DNA of 64,000 nt from Candidatus Methylomirabilota bacterium (GCA_035644195.1 DASQOZ010000070.1:463-64462), one strand, 5' to 3'. Positions 35,366 through 46,539 are shown, numbered from the stretch's first letter. Made by a program: numbers and translations. Notes: generated by a model from the sequence alone, not told the origin.

Positions 35366-35820
35366 TTTTCAACGCGAAGCATTCCGCCGGTGAGAATTCG
35401 CGCACGCAGGCCGCCGCGCGCGTGCAGCAATTTTTCCGCGCCCGGCGCGATGGCGTCGTCCATCCAATGACACGGGCTGCATTCGGCCGTGCCCGCAAAG
35501 CGCACGCTCTGGATTTCAAATTCCTTGCCGATGAGCAAATTCAAATCCACGCCCGCCGTGACGACGTTTCGCCGCGTGACGCCGGGTGATTTGCCGTTCA
35601 CGCCGAGCTTGCGGCAAATGTCTTCAAAAACTTCCGATGCAAAAAAAGTGATCTGGCCTTTGTAGTCGTGCTTGAAGTCAAAAAAACGGTCATCTTCAAT
35701 TCCCCGTCCGGCCACGCAACGGATTTCCGCGCGTTCAATTAAAGGATATTCGCCCGGCGGCTGCTCGTGATGGCCGAAAAAATTGTGGCCGGGTGAAATA
35801 TAGAGATGGCGAATCTTCAC
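35362..35820 (-). CDS. MOSC domain-containing protein
   Basis: 152 aa with the conserved C-terminal Cys context ECSPCHWM and RRNVVTAGVDLN. Confidence 0.7.
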   Translation of the reverse strand: MKIRHLYISPGHNFFGHHEQPPGEYPLIERAEIRCVAGRGIEDDRFFDFKHDYKGQITFFASEVFEDICRKLGVNGKSPGVTRRNVVTAGVDLNLLIGKEFEIQSVRFAGTAECSPCHWMDDAIAPGAEKLLHARGGLRARILTGGMLRVEK

Positions 35821-35855
35821 GGTTCAAAGATGACATTTTTGACGGCGAAGAAAAA

Positions 35856-38054
35856 TTATTTCTTCATGGCTTCGACTCGCACCGCGCAATGCTTGTAGCT
35901 TGGCTGGCGCGAATGCGGGTCAAAATCCGAGCGCGTCAGCTTGTTCGTGATGCCGTAGTGCATCGGAATAAAAATTTGCCCCGCACGCACGCCGGCCGTC
36001 ACGAACGCCGTGCATTCCACCTTCGCGCGACGCGAAATCACGCTGGCTTTTGAGTTCGGCGCGATGCCCAGCCGCGCGGCGTCGGCGGGATTGATCTCAA
36101 CGTAGGCGTTCGCCGGATAAAGCTTCCGCAGCACGTCGGATTTTTCCGTGCGCGTGTTCGTGTGCCACTGCGCGCTCGTGCCGCGACCAGTCAGCAACAC
36201 GAAGGGAAATTCCGCGTCCGTTGGTTCGGCGACCGGGCGCGGCGCATCGAATAGAAATTTCGCCTTGCCGTCTTCGTGGAAAAATTTCCCATCGGCGAAT
36301 AGGCGTCTTTCCTTTTGTAGAGACGAGTCTTTCTGAAACGGCCACTGGATTCCGCCTTCGTCGTCCAGATGTTTGTAATCCGCAATGCCGGTGATGTCGC
36401 AAGGCTGGCTGCGCGAGATTTCCTTCATCAATTGGAACGCCGCTTCCGGCGAACTCCATTTACGGAACATTTCACCACAGCCCCAATACCCGGCGACGAG
36501 CTTGCAAATGTTGAAATCGCTCAACGCCTGGCCCGGCGCGCGGCGGACTTTTTTCACAAGGCCGATGCGCCGTTCTGAATTGATGAGCGTGCCTTCCTTT
36601 TCGCCCCAGCCGGCGGCGGGCAAAAAAAGATGCGCGCGCTGCGCCGTCTCCGTCGTCGGATACAAATCCTGCACGACAAGAAATTCCAGCTTGTCCGCCA
36701 GCCGGTTGAAATTGTCCCGGTCAATCCACGAATGCGAACTGTTCGTCGCCATCACCCACAGTCCTTTGATTTTTCCGTCAGCGATGCCCTGAACGATTTG
36801 ATCATAAGCCCAACTCGGCGCAGTCGGAATTTTTTGTTCAGGAATTTCCAAAATCGAACTGATTTTTTTCCGATGCTCCGAGTTTTGAAAATCGTGTCCG
36901 CCGAGCAGACTCGTGATGTTCGCGTAAAGCCGTGAACCCATCGCATTGCACTGGCCGGTGATGGAATTGGCGCCGGTGCCGGGCCGCCCGATGTTCCCGG
37001 TCATCAGCGCGAGATTGATGATGGCCTGCGCCGTGCGTGTGGCTTCGTGACCTTGATTCACACCCATTGTCCACCAGAATGAAACCGCTTTGCCGCGATG
37101 AATCGTTTCGGCGAATTGTAAAATTTCTTCCGGCGATAAATTTGTTTCCGCCGCAACTTTTTCCAAAGTGAATTGTCGCGCGAAGGACGCGAAGTCCGCG
37201 AAGTCATTTGTATTTCGCTCAATGAATTCGAGGTCAATCCAATCATTTTGAATCAGCAGATTTGCGATGCCGTAAAGCAAAACCAAATCCGATTTTGGTT
37301 TGAGCGCGACGTGCTGCGTCGCGTTCATCGCCGTTTCCGTGCGGCGCGGGTCAACGACAATGATCTGCGGACTGTTTTTATTTTGCAGCACGCGCTGCCA
37401 CATGATCGGGTGCGCGATGCACGGATTTGCGCCGACGAAAACCAAAACGTCGCTGGCTTCAAAATCCGCGTAGGTGAACGGTGGCGCGTCGAAACCGAAA
37501 CTTTGCTTGTATGCCGTGTGCGCCGTGGCCATGCACTGCCGCGTGTTCGAGTCGCAATGCAACGCGCCCATGCCGAATTTCCACAACGCGCCGAGCAGCG
37601 CCATTTCCTCGGTGCAAATTTGTCCCGTGCCGAGAAACGCCACGTTCTCGTTGCCGTGCCGCGCCATGATGTCCTTGAATTTCGACGCGAACAATTTCAT
37701 CGCGTCGTCCCAGGTCGTCGGCTGAAATTTTCCGTTCGCGTCGCGCAGCAACGGCGTCGTGCCGCGATCCGGCGCGGACAACGGCGCGAGCGCTTCCCAG
37801 CCTTTCGGACAGGCCATGCCGAGATTGACCGGATAATTTTCGTCCGCAGTCAAGTTCACCGCCTCGCCATCCTTCAAATGGATTTTCAAGCCGCAACCGG
37901 TCGAGCAAAAACCGCAGACCATCGTGGTCGTCGCATCCGGCGCAAATTTGGCCGGAACTTTGCCGAGGCCGAACTTGCCCGGATGCAAAACCAAATCTTC
38001 CGTGAGCGGCCCGGTCCACTCGCGCAAAACCGGTTTGGAAAATTTTAATTTCAC
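35856..38054 (-). CDS. nasA: Assimilatory-type nitrate reductase catalytic subunit (molybdopterin oxidoreductase, no Tat signal)
   Basis: N-terminal 4Fe-4S motif CGFCSTGCG...ACPKG, MGD-binding regions throughout, and no RRxF signal peptide. Confidence 0.8.
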   Translation of the reverse strand: MKLKFSKPVLREWTGPLTEDLVLHPGKFGLGKVPAKFAPDATTTMVCGFCSTGCGLKIHLKDGEAVNLTADENYPVNLGMACPKGWEALAPLSAPDRGTTPLLRDANGKFQPTTWDDAMKLFASKFKDIMARHGNENVAFLGTGQICTEEMALLGALWKFGMGALHCDSNTRQCMATAHTAYKQSFGFDAPPFTYADFEASDVLVFVGANPCIAHPIMWQRVLQNKNSPQIIVVDPRRTETAMNATQHVALKPKSDLVLLYGIANLLIQNDWIDLEFIERNTNDFADFASFARQFTLEKVAAETNLSPEEILQFAETIHRGKAVSFWWTMGVNQGHEATRTAQAIINLALMTGNIGRPGTGANSITGQCNAMGSRLYANITSLLGGHDFQNSEHRKKISSILEIPEQKIPTAPSWAYDQIVQGIADGKIKGLWVMATNSSHSWIDRDNFNRLADKLEFLVVQDLYPTTETAQRAHLFLPAAGWGEKEGTLINSERRIGLVKKVRRAPGQALSDFNICKLVAGYWGCGEMFRKWSSPEAAFQLMKEISRSQPCDITGIADYKHLDDEGGIQWPFQKDSSLQKERRLFADGKFFHEDGKAKFLFDAPRPVAEPTDAEFPFVLLTGRGTSAQWHTNTRTEKSDVLRKLYPANAYVEINPADAARLGIAPNSKASVISRRAKVECTAFVTAGVRAGQIFIPMHYGITNKLTRSDFDPHSRQPSYKHCAVRVEAMKK

Positions 38055-39700
38055 GCGGCGATCCCTCCCGGCATTTTTTTGCCCGCACCCGCCCGGAAAA
38101 AAACGTAGCGCGCAATGATTTCAGAAAGCAAAGTGGCCAGCGTAGCCGCGCCAGCCCAAATCAAAACCGCACCGCCAACATTGGTGATTGTGAGCAGTCC
38201 AAAAATTGTTGAAGCCACAAACAAGGCCGTCCTTATTGGCGTTGTGCGTGGAAGCAGTTCGCGGATGGCGCGGGCATTCAGATGAATCGGGCTGGCGGAA
38301 TTTTTCAATGCGGCGCGCAATTCCATTCGTCGCCAGATGAACAGGGCCGTGCGAACCACCAGCGCGGCGATTGCAAACGGCTGTGCGAAATTTATTTTTC
38401 CGAGTGCCGCAAACGTGGCGGCGGCGAACGTCGCGCCGAGCAGCAGCGTCGTGCCAAAGAAATTTCCAAACGAATATCGCGGCGACCAGATGGCGCGCTT
38501 TGTGTCCACATAAACCATGCCTGAAACAAAAATGCAGCCGAGGCCGACGACCGCCGCGCCGAGCGTGAGCGGCAGTTGCAATTTTTCCAGCGGCGGCAGC
38601 CACGCGGAAATTTTCTGGAGTAGTTCGCCGAGCTTCGGAAATTTTTGCGTGAGAAACGGCAGCCATGCGAGCGTAGTTGCAGCGGCGGCGAGCGGCGCGA
38701 ATTGATTAAACGCGATAATCTCGCGGCTCAACCAGCTCGTGCGCCAGCCCAGAAATGCGCGCCACGCTTTCAACGGCTGGCCGAGGTGCAGCGGCGCAGC
38801 AAGCAGGCCGATGTTCAGCAGCATGAACGCAGCGAGGAGCAAAACTGGCGTTGTCGGAACAATTGTCGCCGCGAGAAACATTCCGGCGGCAGCTTGCGTG
38901 AAAACCAGCATGACGACGAGCGGCCAGTGCGGATTGTCAAGGCGCGGCGCGTTGTGGTCGGCGGCGAAAACCATTCCCTTCAACGCGCGCTTTGAGAGGT
39001 AGCGCGTGGTTGGCTGGGTGATTTTCGGATTCGGCGAGTCGGCGAGGAAATTTTTCTGCGCTTCGCCGTTTTGAAACTGCGTCCTGATTTCCGCCTGATT
39101 TACCAGGGTGATTGCAATCGCGCCGTTCGGACATGACTGCACGCACGCGGGCGCTTCGCCGACGGCGAGGCGGCTCACACACATGTCGCACTTGCGGACG
39201 ATGCCGAGTTTCTCGGAATACTTCGGCACTTCATACGGACATTTCATCACGCAATACTGGCAGCCGATGCACTGGTCATCGAGATGCCGCACGATGCCGG
39301 TGACAGGGTCTTTGTCATAGGCTTTCACCGGGCAGCCGTTCAAACAGCCGGGATCAACGCAGTGATGGCACGCGGTCGTAACCGTTTGCTGAAACGGTTT
39401 TTCTTCCGCGACGCCGTGAAGCAATCCGACTTCGCGCCACGTTTCGTTTTCCTCCAGGCCGTTGAGTGAATGGCAGCCGGCGACGCACGCTTTGCAGCCG
39501 GAGCAGGCGTCGAGGTCAACTTGAAAGGCGTATTGCTCGCCGAGATTGGGCGAACGCGCGGGCATCAGCGCGCTATAAATTTTTTCTGAATGGCCGTTGC
39601 GGTCGTGGTGCTGCGAGAAGCGTTCCACCGCCGTCAACGTCCGCTGCTCGGTGAGCAATTCGTCAATCAGCGTTAAATTGTTTTCGGCGATGGATTTCAT
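38051..39700 (-). CDS. Fusion of DmsB-like 4x[4Fe-4S] ferredoxin and DmsC-like polytopic membrane anchor
   Basis: The N-terminal half carries four Cys clusters ([35 protein letters not shown]...CVQSCP). The C-terminal roughly 300 aa contain about 8 TM helices. 4-nt overlaps join it to nasA and nirA. Confidence 0.7.
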   Translation of the reverse strand: MKSIAENNLTLIDELLTEQRTLTAVERFSQHHDRNGHSEKIYSALMPARSPNLGEQYAFQVDLDACSGCKACVAGCHSLNGLEENETWREVGLLHGVAEEKPFQQTVTTACHHCVDPGCLNGCPVKAYDKDPVTGIVRHLDDQCIGCQYCVMKCPYEVPKYSEKLGIVRKCDMCVSRLAVGEAPACVQSCPNGAIAITLVNQAEIRTQFQNGEAQKNFLADSPNPKITQPTTRYLSKRALKGMVFAADHNAPRLDNPHWPLVVMLVFTQAAAGMFLAATIVPTTPVLLLAAFMLLNIGLLAAPLHLGQPLKAWRAFLGWRTSWLSREIIAFNQFAPLAAAATTLAWLPFLTQKFPKLGELLQKISAWLPPLEKLQLPLTLGAAVVGLGCIFVSGMVYVDTKRAIWSPRYSFGNFFGTTLLLGATFAAATFAALGKINFAQPFAIAALVVRTALFIWRRMELRAALKNSASPIHLNARAIRELLPRTTPIRTALFVASTIFGLLTITNVGGAVLIWAGAATLATLLSEIIARYVFFRAGAGKKMPGGIAA

Positions 39701-41415
39701 TCTTCGTTGGTGAAGATCGCCTGCAACGTGTTCAGGTCATTGCGCGTGGTGAATTTTTGGAACGTCTCGCCTGCTTCGCGACGGCGCAGATAACCTTTCA
39801 ATATTTTTTCCAGCGTCGGTTTCAAATCGTTCGCCGTGACACCGGAAAAAATCTGCCGACCGACCGCCTGATTTGCGCCGAAGCCGCCGCCGACAAAAAC
39901 ATGGTAGCCATCCTCGCCGCGCACTTTCACGCCAAGCAAACCGATGTCGCCCATGTAATGCTGCGCGCAGGAATTCGGGCAGCCGGTGAGATGGATGTTG
40001 ATTGGCGCGTCGAGCGTGATGCGCTTGTCGAGATAATCGGCGAGTTCCAACGCGTGGCCTTTCGTGTTCGACTGCGCGAATTTGCAAAATGAATTTCCCG
40101 TGCAGGCGATCAATCCGCCGCGCAACAAACTTTGCTGTGTATCGAAACCGATTTTGCGCAACGCCTTCTTTACGGTCTCGACGTAAGCGTCCGGAACATT
40201 TGGGATGATGAAATTCTGCCAGACGGTCAGCCGGATTTCGCCCGAACCATAAAGGTCGGCAATCTCCGCGACGCGCAGCATCTGCTTCGGCGTGATCTGG
40301 CCGACGGGCATGGCGACGCCAACGTAGTTCAAACCTTTTTGCTTTTGCGGAAAAATTCCGATGTGCGAGTGTGGTAATTTTGCATCGCCGTATTCCACCT
40401 TCAAATCCGCCGGCGTGCGTTGCAATTTGTAGCCGAGAATTTTTTCCGCTTCGCCAAGATATTTTTCCAGCGGCCACGTTTCGAGCAGATGTTTCAGCCG
40501 CGCTTTCTTGCGGTCGCCGCGATTTCCGTTGGCAATATAAATGCGGACGAGCGCGACGATGACTTTGTTCAATTCCGCCGCTTTCACCAAAACGCCGAGG
40601 TCGCGTGCAAATGTCTTGTGGCCGGTTGCGCCGCCGAGCGCAATTCGGAAGAAAACTTCATCGCCAACCTTCACGGCTTTCGCGCCGATGTCGTTCGTGT
40701 CCTCGACCGTGCCAATAAGTCCGCCGCCGTCGAAGGCGATGTTGAACTTGCGGGGCAAATCGTAAAACGAACGGTCGTTGATAATGATTTGCGCAAGTTC
40801 CTGAACGAGCGGTTGCACGTCAATCAATTCGTGCGGGTCAATTCCAGCGGTGGGATTCGCGGTGAGATTGCGGATGTTGTCCGCGCCTGCGCCGCGCGTG
40901 TGCAGGCCAACGCTCTGGATTCGCCGTAAAACTTCCGGTGCGTCTTTCGGCTGAATCAAACGCATCTGAAAATTTGCGCGCGTGGTGATTTGCACATATC
41001 CACTGGTCAAATCCTTCGCGACGGCGGCGAGTTCGCGCAGTTGAAACGTTTTCAGCACGCCGCCGGGAATACGCAGCCGCGCCATGAACGCCTCCTTGTT
41101 CGGCGTCAGAAAAAAAAGTCCGTTCCATTTGAAGCGGAAAATCTCCTCCTTGTCCGGCGATTTATTCGTGACGGCGTTTTCAAGAATCTGGTCATAGGCG
41201 TCGAGCGGGTGCAATTCGTGTTTGACACGCTCCTCGAAAATCAAATCGTCGAGCGAAATTTTTTTCTCTGCTGCGGGAACCGGCGCGACATCGCCAAACG
41301 AAACGCCGTGCGCGGCAAGACCGGCGAAAAATCCCTCAAGATATTTCCGCTGCTCGTCGTTGAGCGGCTCGCCGTTGATGTGCTGGACGGGAATTTCCAT
41401 TTTACTGCTTTTCAA
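39697..41415 (-). CDS. nirA: Sirohaem-type nitrite/sulfite reductase hemoprotein (NirA-like)
   Basis: RFKWNGLF, the RIPGG repeat modules and the Cys cluster CTGNSFC...CPNSC. I infer nitrite as the substrate from gene context. Confidence 0.75.
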   Translation of the reverse strand: MKSSKMEIPVQHINGEPLNDEQRKYLEGFFAGLAAHGVSFGDVAPVPAAEKKISLDDLIFEERVKHELHPLDAYDQILENAVTNKSPDKEEIFRFKWNGLFFLTPNKEAFMARLRIPGGVLKTFQLRELAAVAKDLTSGYVQITTRANFQMRLIQPKDAPEVLRRIQSVGLHTRGAGADNIRNLTANPTAGIDPHELIDVQPLVQELAQIIINDRSFYDLPRKFNIAFDGGGLIGTVEDTNDIGAKAVKVGDEVFFRIALGGATGHKTFARDLGVLVKAAELNKVIVALVRIYIANGNRGDRKKARLKHLLETWPLEKYLGEAEKILGYKLQRTPADLKVEYGDAKLPHSHIGIFPQKQKGLNYVGVAMPVGQITPKQMLRVAEIADLYGSGEIRLTVWQNFIIPNVPDAYVETVKKALRKIGFDTQQSLLRGGLIACTGNSFCKFAQSNTKGHALELADYLDKRITLDAPINIHLTGCPNSCAQHYMGDIGLLGVKVRGEDGYHVFVGGGFGANQAVGRQIFSGVTANDLKPTLEKILKGYLRRREAGETFQKFTTRNDLNTLQAIFTNEE

Positions 41416-43166
41416 TACACGTCGCGTTGATAGCGCTTGTCGGTTTTCAACTTCGCGACATAAGCCTTCGCGTCGTCAGCGCTTTTGCCGCCGGCGGTCT
41501 CGATGATCTTGTGCAGAGCATCGTCCACGTCCTTCGCCATGCGGCTCGCATCGCCGCAGACGTAGAAATGCGCGCCAGCTTCGAGCCACGACCACAGCTC
41601 GACGGCGTTTTCGAGCATCCGGTTCTGGACGTAAATTTTTTCTTTCTGATCGCGGGAAAATGCCGTGGACAATTTCGTGAGATGACCGTCGGAAAACATT
41701 TTTTCCAATTCGTCGCGATAATAAAAATCCGTGGCGACGCGCTGCTCGCCGAAGAACAGCCAATTTTTTCCGGTTGCGCCAACAGCGCGGCGCTCGTGCA
41801 AAAATGCGCGGAACGGCGCGACGCCGGTTCCCGGCCCGACCATGATGATTGGCGTCTCCGAATTCGTTGGCAGACGAAAACCGTGCGATGTCTGCACAAA
41901 AACGGGAACGGGATTTTCGCTGGCGTGGTCGGCAAGAAAAGTCGAAGCCAAACCTTTGCGCGCCCGCCCGTGAGATTCGTAGCGAACGATACTGACGGTC
42001 AAATGAACTTGTCCGGCGTGCGATTTGGGGCTGGATGAAATGGAGTAAAGTCGCGGCGCGAGCTTTTTGAGCAGCGAAACAAATTCTTTCGGCGACAATT
42101 TTGCATCCGGCGTTTCGAGCAGCAAATCAATGACTTCGCGTCCCCAAAGAAAATTTTTCAAATCGTCCTTGTGTCCAGGCGCAAGCAAATCTCGCAAAAC
42201 AGAATTGCGTTCACCGATGAATTTCAAAAGTTCCGGCGATGGTTTGGTGATGTCGTAAAATTCGGCGAGCGCCTTGCGAATCGGGATTTCACCGCCGTTG
42301 TTTGGCAAAACCATTTCGTCGCCGGAAAAATTCAGCGAATGCAAAATATCCGCGACGAGTTCAGGGCAATTTTTCGGAAAAATTCCGAGCGCATCACCAA
42401 CTTCGTAATTCAAACCCGAATCTTCGAGCGAGATTTCAAAATGGCGCGTTTCTTTTTCCGAACCGTCGGCGGTCAATTTGCGGTTCGTCAGCAGGCGTGC
42501 GGGAAATGGATTGTTTCTGTTATAGGCGAGCGCAGGCGTCACATTGGAAGAGACATCCAATGCAACAACAGGCGGGACGCCTGCGCTCCCAAAAAATTTC
42601 AGAACGCCATTCTGCCAATTTTTTGCCTTCGCTTCGTAATCCAAATCGCAGTCGTCGAGCGGATGAATTCGTTTCGCGCCGAGTTGTTCGAGGCGCGCGT
42701 CAATTTTTTTGCCGGCGGCGCAAAAATTTTCGTAATTGGTGTCGCCAAGCGCGAGGACGGAATAATTCAGGTGTGACAGCGATTTTGCGACGTCGGTTTG
42801 CAGCCAGTCCCAAAACGCCTGCGCGTTGTCGGGCATATCGCCGTCGCCATAAGTGCTGGTGACGACGAGCAGATTGGTTTCCTTGCTCCAATCAATCTTG
42901 GCGTGTTCGGCGGCGTCCACGACGCGCGAGTTGCAGCCACGCGATTTTGATTCTTTCGCGATTTGTTTCGCGAGTTTTTCCGCCGTGCCGGTCTGGCTGC
43001 CGAATAAAATCAAAAGTGGAATTGTTGCGGAGTTTTTTTCAGAACCGTTTTGATTTGCGGGAACGAAATTTTTCCCCGCGAGCAGTCCGGCCATGTAGCC
43101 GTTGAGCCACAGGCGTTGATCCGTGCCGAATGGCGCGGTTTCCGGGATGAAAGTCGTCGTTTGCAT
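41412..43166 (-). CDS. CysJ-like NADPH-flavoprotein reductase (flavodoxin + FAD/NADPH domains)
   Basis: Start MQTTTF at 43166. Flavodoxin region ILFGSQTGTAEKLA, FAD-binding RLYSISSS and NADPH-binding GPGTGVAPFR. Confidence 0.8.
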   Translation of the reverse strand: MQTTTFIPETAPFGTDQRLWLNGYMAGLLAGKNFVPANQNGSEKNSATIPLLILFGSQTGTAEKLAKQIAKESKSRGCNSRVVDAAEHAKIDWSKETNLLVVTSTYGDGDMPDNAQAFWDWLQTDVAKSLSHLNYSVLALGDTNYENFCAAGKKIDARLEQLGAKRIHPLDDCDLDYEAKAKNWQNGVLKFFGSAGVPPVVALDVSSNVTPALAYNRNNPFPARLLTNRKLTADGSEKETRHFEISLEDSGLNYEVGDALGIFPKNCPELVADILHSLNFSGDEMVLPNNGGEIPIRKALAEFYDITKPSPELLKFIGERNSVLRDLLAPGHKDDLKNFLWGREVIDLLLETPDAKLSPKEFVSLLKKLAPRLYSISSSPKSHAGQVHLTVSIVRYESHGRARKGLASTFLADHASENPVPVFVQTSHGFRLPTNSETPIIMVGPGTGVAPFRAFLHERRAVGATGKNWLFFGEQRVATDFYYRDELEKMFSDGHLTKLSTAFSRDQKEKIYVQNRMLENAVELWSWLEAGAHFYVCGDASRMAKDVDDALHKIIETAGGKSADDAKAYVAKLKTDKRYQRDVY

Positions 43167-43173
43167 CACGTCA

Positions 43174-43212
43174 TGAGAAAAGCGAGACGCGCCCCACCTT
43201 GCGATGGGGCGC
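43174..43212 (-). terminator. Rho-independent terminator-like hairpin after the porin gene
   Basis: On the minus strand, GCGCCCCA-tcgcaagg-TGGGGCGC is followed by gtctcgcTTTTCTC. It lies in the 68-nt gap before the cysJ-like start. Confidence 0.45.
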
Positions 43213-43234
43213 GGCGACGGGAGGAACATCGTCG

Positions 43235-44728
43235 CTAAAAATTGAGTGTAAATTGAACATAGACGTAATCCGCGTCGCGGTCGCCGCCGACGCCTGCGAG
43301 TGATTGCTGAATGTATTTGCCCGTGAAGAAATGGCCGTAACCGGCTTCGATTTGCGCGTAGCGCGTGAGCGCGTAGCCGGCAATCAAATCCAATTCGGTG
43401 CCGACAAATGGGCTGTTGCCGGAATTAATGCCGTAGCCGCCGGTCGTGCGAGGCGCACCACCGACATTGTAAAAAAAGTCGTGCGTATTCGCGAGCCAGA
43501 AGCCGTGACCTTCTAGCGCGACGCTCAAACGCGACGTCGGTTTGAGCGTCAGTTCGCCGCGAACGTCCTGGATGTTTTGCAGCGAGACGAAATCCATGTA
43601 GCCGTAAAATTTGTGGTTCGTCGGAAACAAATTGTCGAACGTGCCGTGCGTGCCATCGGCTTTATTGTCATCTCCGGAGCTATAGGTGTATTCAATTCCT
43701 AGCCGTGGCGTCGCCCACCAATCGGAAAATGTGTAACCGCCTTGCGCGATAAACATGAAAGCATCCTGTCGCAGGCGCGGAGCGGTCAACGCCGGTTTGG
43801 TTGGATCGGCGAAATCGCCGAATTGATACGCGCCTTCGAGCGAATAATCGTAGTTGCCCAATTCGCCCGGCTTGGATTTCAAGCGTCCGCCGATTGTGTA
43901 AATGTCGCGCGCGGTCGGCTGCGGAAATTGCGGGCTTGGCTCCGTGTTGATAGCTTTGCGGTCGGCGTTGCGCGACAGAAAATAAACGTCGAGAATCGTT
44001 TTGGGAATTTTTGTGCTCGTCGCATAGACGCCGGAAAACCAATCGTGCGTGTTGTCCACGTCGAAGCCGCCGTTTTCAGGAATGACCGGATAGCCGGTGA
44101 AAAAGTCCGCGCCGAAAAATTCATTTTGCCAGCGGACTTTCGCCGTGTCGAACGCCCGGCCGATGTTGTTCCAGCCATATGCACCGATGAGCCGTTCTTC
44201 ACCGTAGGACAATTCCTGCCGTCCGGCTTTGAGCGAAAGCGGAAATTCCTTGTGATTGCCGATGGTGAAATACGCCTGATGCAAATCAATTGCGTCGGCT
44301 TCCGGTCCATTTTCCTTTCGCTTCACCGTGCCGGGAATGGCGGGCGCATTTGCGTAGGCGAAACGTTCGTCGCTCAAAGCCACGCTGCTTTGCGCTTCGG
44401 TGTAGATGCTCCACCACTTTTCTGTGTAGCCGATGTGAAGGCGCAAACGATTCAAAAAATAATCGTTGACCATGTCCGCGCCGTGATCACGAAAATCCAC
44501 GGAATCGGCGTGACCTTGAATTGCAAAACCGGATTTGGATTCGTAACGGAAACGGTCGTTGCCGCCGAAATCCCATTGGTTCATGTAGGGATTCTGTGCG
44601 CGCAGGTATTCGTTGAGGAATCCCTGGAACGGCGTGGGCGGCGGCGGCGGCGTGTATTGAGCGTGGACTTGGTTGAGGGCGGCGAGCACGAGCGCTCCTG
44701 CCGACAATGTTTTCAGGGTTGGCTTCAT
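43235..44728 (-). CDS. Outer-membrane porin (alginate-export/nitrate-cluster porin-like)
   Basis: The start at 44728 gives the signal peptide MKPTLKTLSAGALVLAALNQVHA. The sequence is beta-rich with alternating aromatic residues and ends in a terminal F. Confidence 0.6.
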   Translation of the reverse strand: MKPTLKTLSAGALVLAALNQVHAQYTPPPPPTPFQGFLNEYLRAQNPYMNQWDFGGNDRFRYESKSGFAIQGHADSVDFRDHGADMVNDYFLNRLRLHIGYTEKWWSIYTEAQSSVALSDERFAYANAPAIPGTVKRKENGPEADAIDLHQAYFTIGNHKEFPLSLKAGRQELSYGEERLIGAYGWNNIGRAFDTAKVRWQNEFFGADFFTGYPVIPENGGFDVDNTHDWFSGVYATSTKIPKTILDVYFLSRNADRKAINTEPSPQFPQPTARDIYTIGGRLKSKPGELGNYDYSLEGAYQFGDFADPTKPALTAPRLRQDAFMFIAQGGYTFSDWWATPRLGIEYTYSSGDDNKADGTHGTFDNLFPTNHKFYGYMDFVSLQNIQDVRGELTLKPTSRLSVALEGHGFWLANTHDFFYNVGGAPRTTGGYGINSGNSPFVGTELDLIAGYALTRYAQIEAGYGHFFTGKYIQQSLAGVGGDRDADYVYVQFTLNF

Positions 44729-44762
44729 GATTTTTGTTTTTGGGGTTGGCATTTTGTTTGGT

Positions 44763-45632
44763 TCAAGCATGGTTGAATGCGGTTAAATTATTTTTGACGG
44801 CTGGCGGCAAAACGTTTTCCACGGGCGACTGTTCGATTTTTGGCATGACGGTTTTCCGATGCGCGCGGACTTCGAGAAATTCAATCAACTGCTCGCGCAG
44901 TTTGTAATAATCGGGATGCTCCATGACGGCCTTGCGCTCGCGCGGGCGCGGAAACTTCACGTCCATGATTTCGCCGACTGCCGCCGCCGGGCCGTCGGTC
45001 ATGCAAACGATGCGGTCGCTCAAGAACAACGCCTCGTCCACGTCATGCGTGACCATGAGCGCGGTGATTTTATTTTTGCGCCAGAGTTCGATGAGGACTT
45101 GCTGCAATTCGTAACGCGTGAGCGAGTCGAGCATCCCAAACGGCTCGTCGAGCAAAAGCATTTTCGGCTTGAGCGCAAACGCGCGCGCGATGCCGACGCG
45201 CTGCTTCATGCCCTGCGAAAGTTCGGCGGGCTTTTTATGCATCGCATCGCCGAGGCCGACGACGGTGAGATAGTATTCGACGATTTCGCGCCGCTCCTGT
45301 TTGCTTGCCGTGAAAAAGACTTGCTCGACGCCGAGCAGCACGTTTTCGTAGGCCGTCATCCACGGCAGCAGCGAAGGCGATTGGAAAACCACGCCGCGAT
45401 CCGGTCCCGCGCCGGAAAGCTCACGCCCGGCCAGAATGATTCCGCCGTCGGAAATTTCATTCAATCCGGCCAGCATCGAAAGCACCGTGGATTTTCCGCA
45501 GCCGGAATGCCCGATGAGCGTGACAAATTCCCCTTTCTGGATGTTCAGGTTGAAATCCTTGACGATCACCGCGTCGCCCTTTGGCGTCGGATAAACCTTC
45601 GCAAGGTTCGAGAGTTCGACGTAATTGCTCAC
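44763..45632 (-). CDS. nrtD: Nitrate/sulfonate/bicarbonate-type ABC ATP-binding protein (NrtD-like)
   Basis: Walker [10 protein letters not shown], signature LSQGMKQR and Walker B LLLDEPFG. Confidence 0.8.
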   Translation of the reverse strand: MSNYVELSNLAKVYPTPKGDAVIVKDFNLNIQKGEFVTLIGHSGCGKSTVLSMLAGLNEISDGGIILAGRELSGAGPDRGVVFQSPSLLPWMTAYENVLLGVEQVFFTASKQERREIVEYYLTVVGLGDAMHKKPAELSQGMKQRVGIARAFALKPKMLLLDEPFGMLDSLTRYELQQVLIELWRKNKITALMVTHDVDEALFLSDRIVCMTDGPAAAVGEIMDVKFPRPRERKAVMEHPDYYKLREQLIEFLEVRAHRKTVMPKIEQSPVENVLPPAVKNNLTAFNHA

Positions 45633-46534
45633 GAGTTGACCTCCACGGATTCTTCCTTCATTTCATTTTTGCGAATTGGCGTCTTGCGCCAGCCCGTCAT
45701 GTTGCGCGGGATGTTCAAATCTTCCGGCTCGATGTCCGGCAAAATCAATTTGCGCGTGATGGCCGTGTGCCGCTCCTGCTTCGAGCCGAGCATGAATTCC
45801 ACGATTTCGCGGCGCAGTTGCTTGAAATGCGGGTCGTGGTTGATGGATTTGCGGTCGCGCGGACGCGGAATCTCAACGGTGAAGCTCGACCCCAGCGTTG
45901 CGCCCGGCCCGGCGGTCAGCGGAATGATCCGGTCTGCAAGATAAATTCCCTCGTCAGGATCGTTCGTGATCATCACGACGGTTTTTTTGTCGTCGGACCA
46001 AATGCGGGAAACTTCGTCCTGCAACGTCGCGCGCGTGAGCGCATCGAGCGCGGAAAGCGGCTCGTCGAGCAATAAAATTTGCGGATCCATCGCCAGCGCG
46101 CGCGCGACGGAAACGCGCTGCCTCATGCCGCCGGAAAGTTCGCCCGGCTTTTTATCGCGCGCGGGCGTGAGATTCACCATCGCGATGTATTTCTCGACGT
46201 GCGCTTTTCGTTTGTCGTCCGACCAATTGGGATTCACAGCTTCGACGGCGAGCAAAATATTTTCAAATACTGTCAGCCACGGTAGCAGCGAATAATTTTG
46301 AAAAACAATGCCGCGATCCGGTCCCGGCTGCGTGATCTCCAAATCGTTCAACATCAGCGAACCGTTGCTGGGCTTGAGCAAACCCGCGATGAGCGAGATG
46401 AGCGTCGTCTTGCCCGCGCCGGAAAAACCGACGATGGCGACGAACTCACCTTTTTCGACGGACAGGTTGATGTCTTTCAACACCGGCGAGCCGCCGAAAT
46501 TTTTCGAGATGTTTTTGAGTTCGAGATAAGCCAC
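45629..46534 (-). CDS. nrtC: Nitrate/sulfonate/bicarbonate-type ABC ATP-binding protein (NrtC-like, no NrtA-like C-domain)
   Basis: A GTG start at 46534, 6 nt after the nrtB stop, gives (M)[14 protein letters not shown]. Walker [10 protein letters not shown] and signature LSGGMRQR. Confidence 0.75.
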   Translation of the reverse strand: MAYLELKNISKNFGGSPVLKDINLSVEKGEFVAIVGFSGAGKTTLISLIAGLLKPSNGSLMLNDLEITQPGPDRGIVFQNYSLLPWLTVFENILLAVEAVNPNWSDDKRKAHVEKYIAMVNLTPARDKKPGELSGGMRQRVSVARALAMDPQILLLDEPLSALDALTRATLQDEVSRIWSDDKKTVVMITNDPDEGIYLADRIIPLTAGPGATLGSSFTVEIPRPRDRKSINHDPHFKQLRREIVEFMLGSKQERHTAITRKLILPDIEPEDLNIPRNMTGWRKTPIRKNEMKEESVEVNS

Positions 46535-46539
46535 AAAAT

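Noticed and set aside
35821-35855. A Moco riboswitch or other leader RNA in front of the moa genes.
   Set aside because: The Moco genes are packed with overlaps, and the only gaps are 34-68 nt. That is too short for the roughly 130-nt Moco riboswitch. No conserved riboswitch-like structure was seen.
36316-36340. ttgtagagacgagtc inside nasA, resembling one arm of the GTAG...CTAC element.
   Set aside because: Only about 15 nt are similar and there is no partner arm or palindrome. The encoded peptide fits the surrounding NasA sequence, so this is probably chance.
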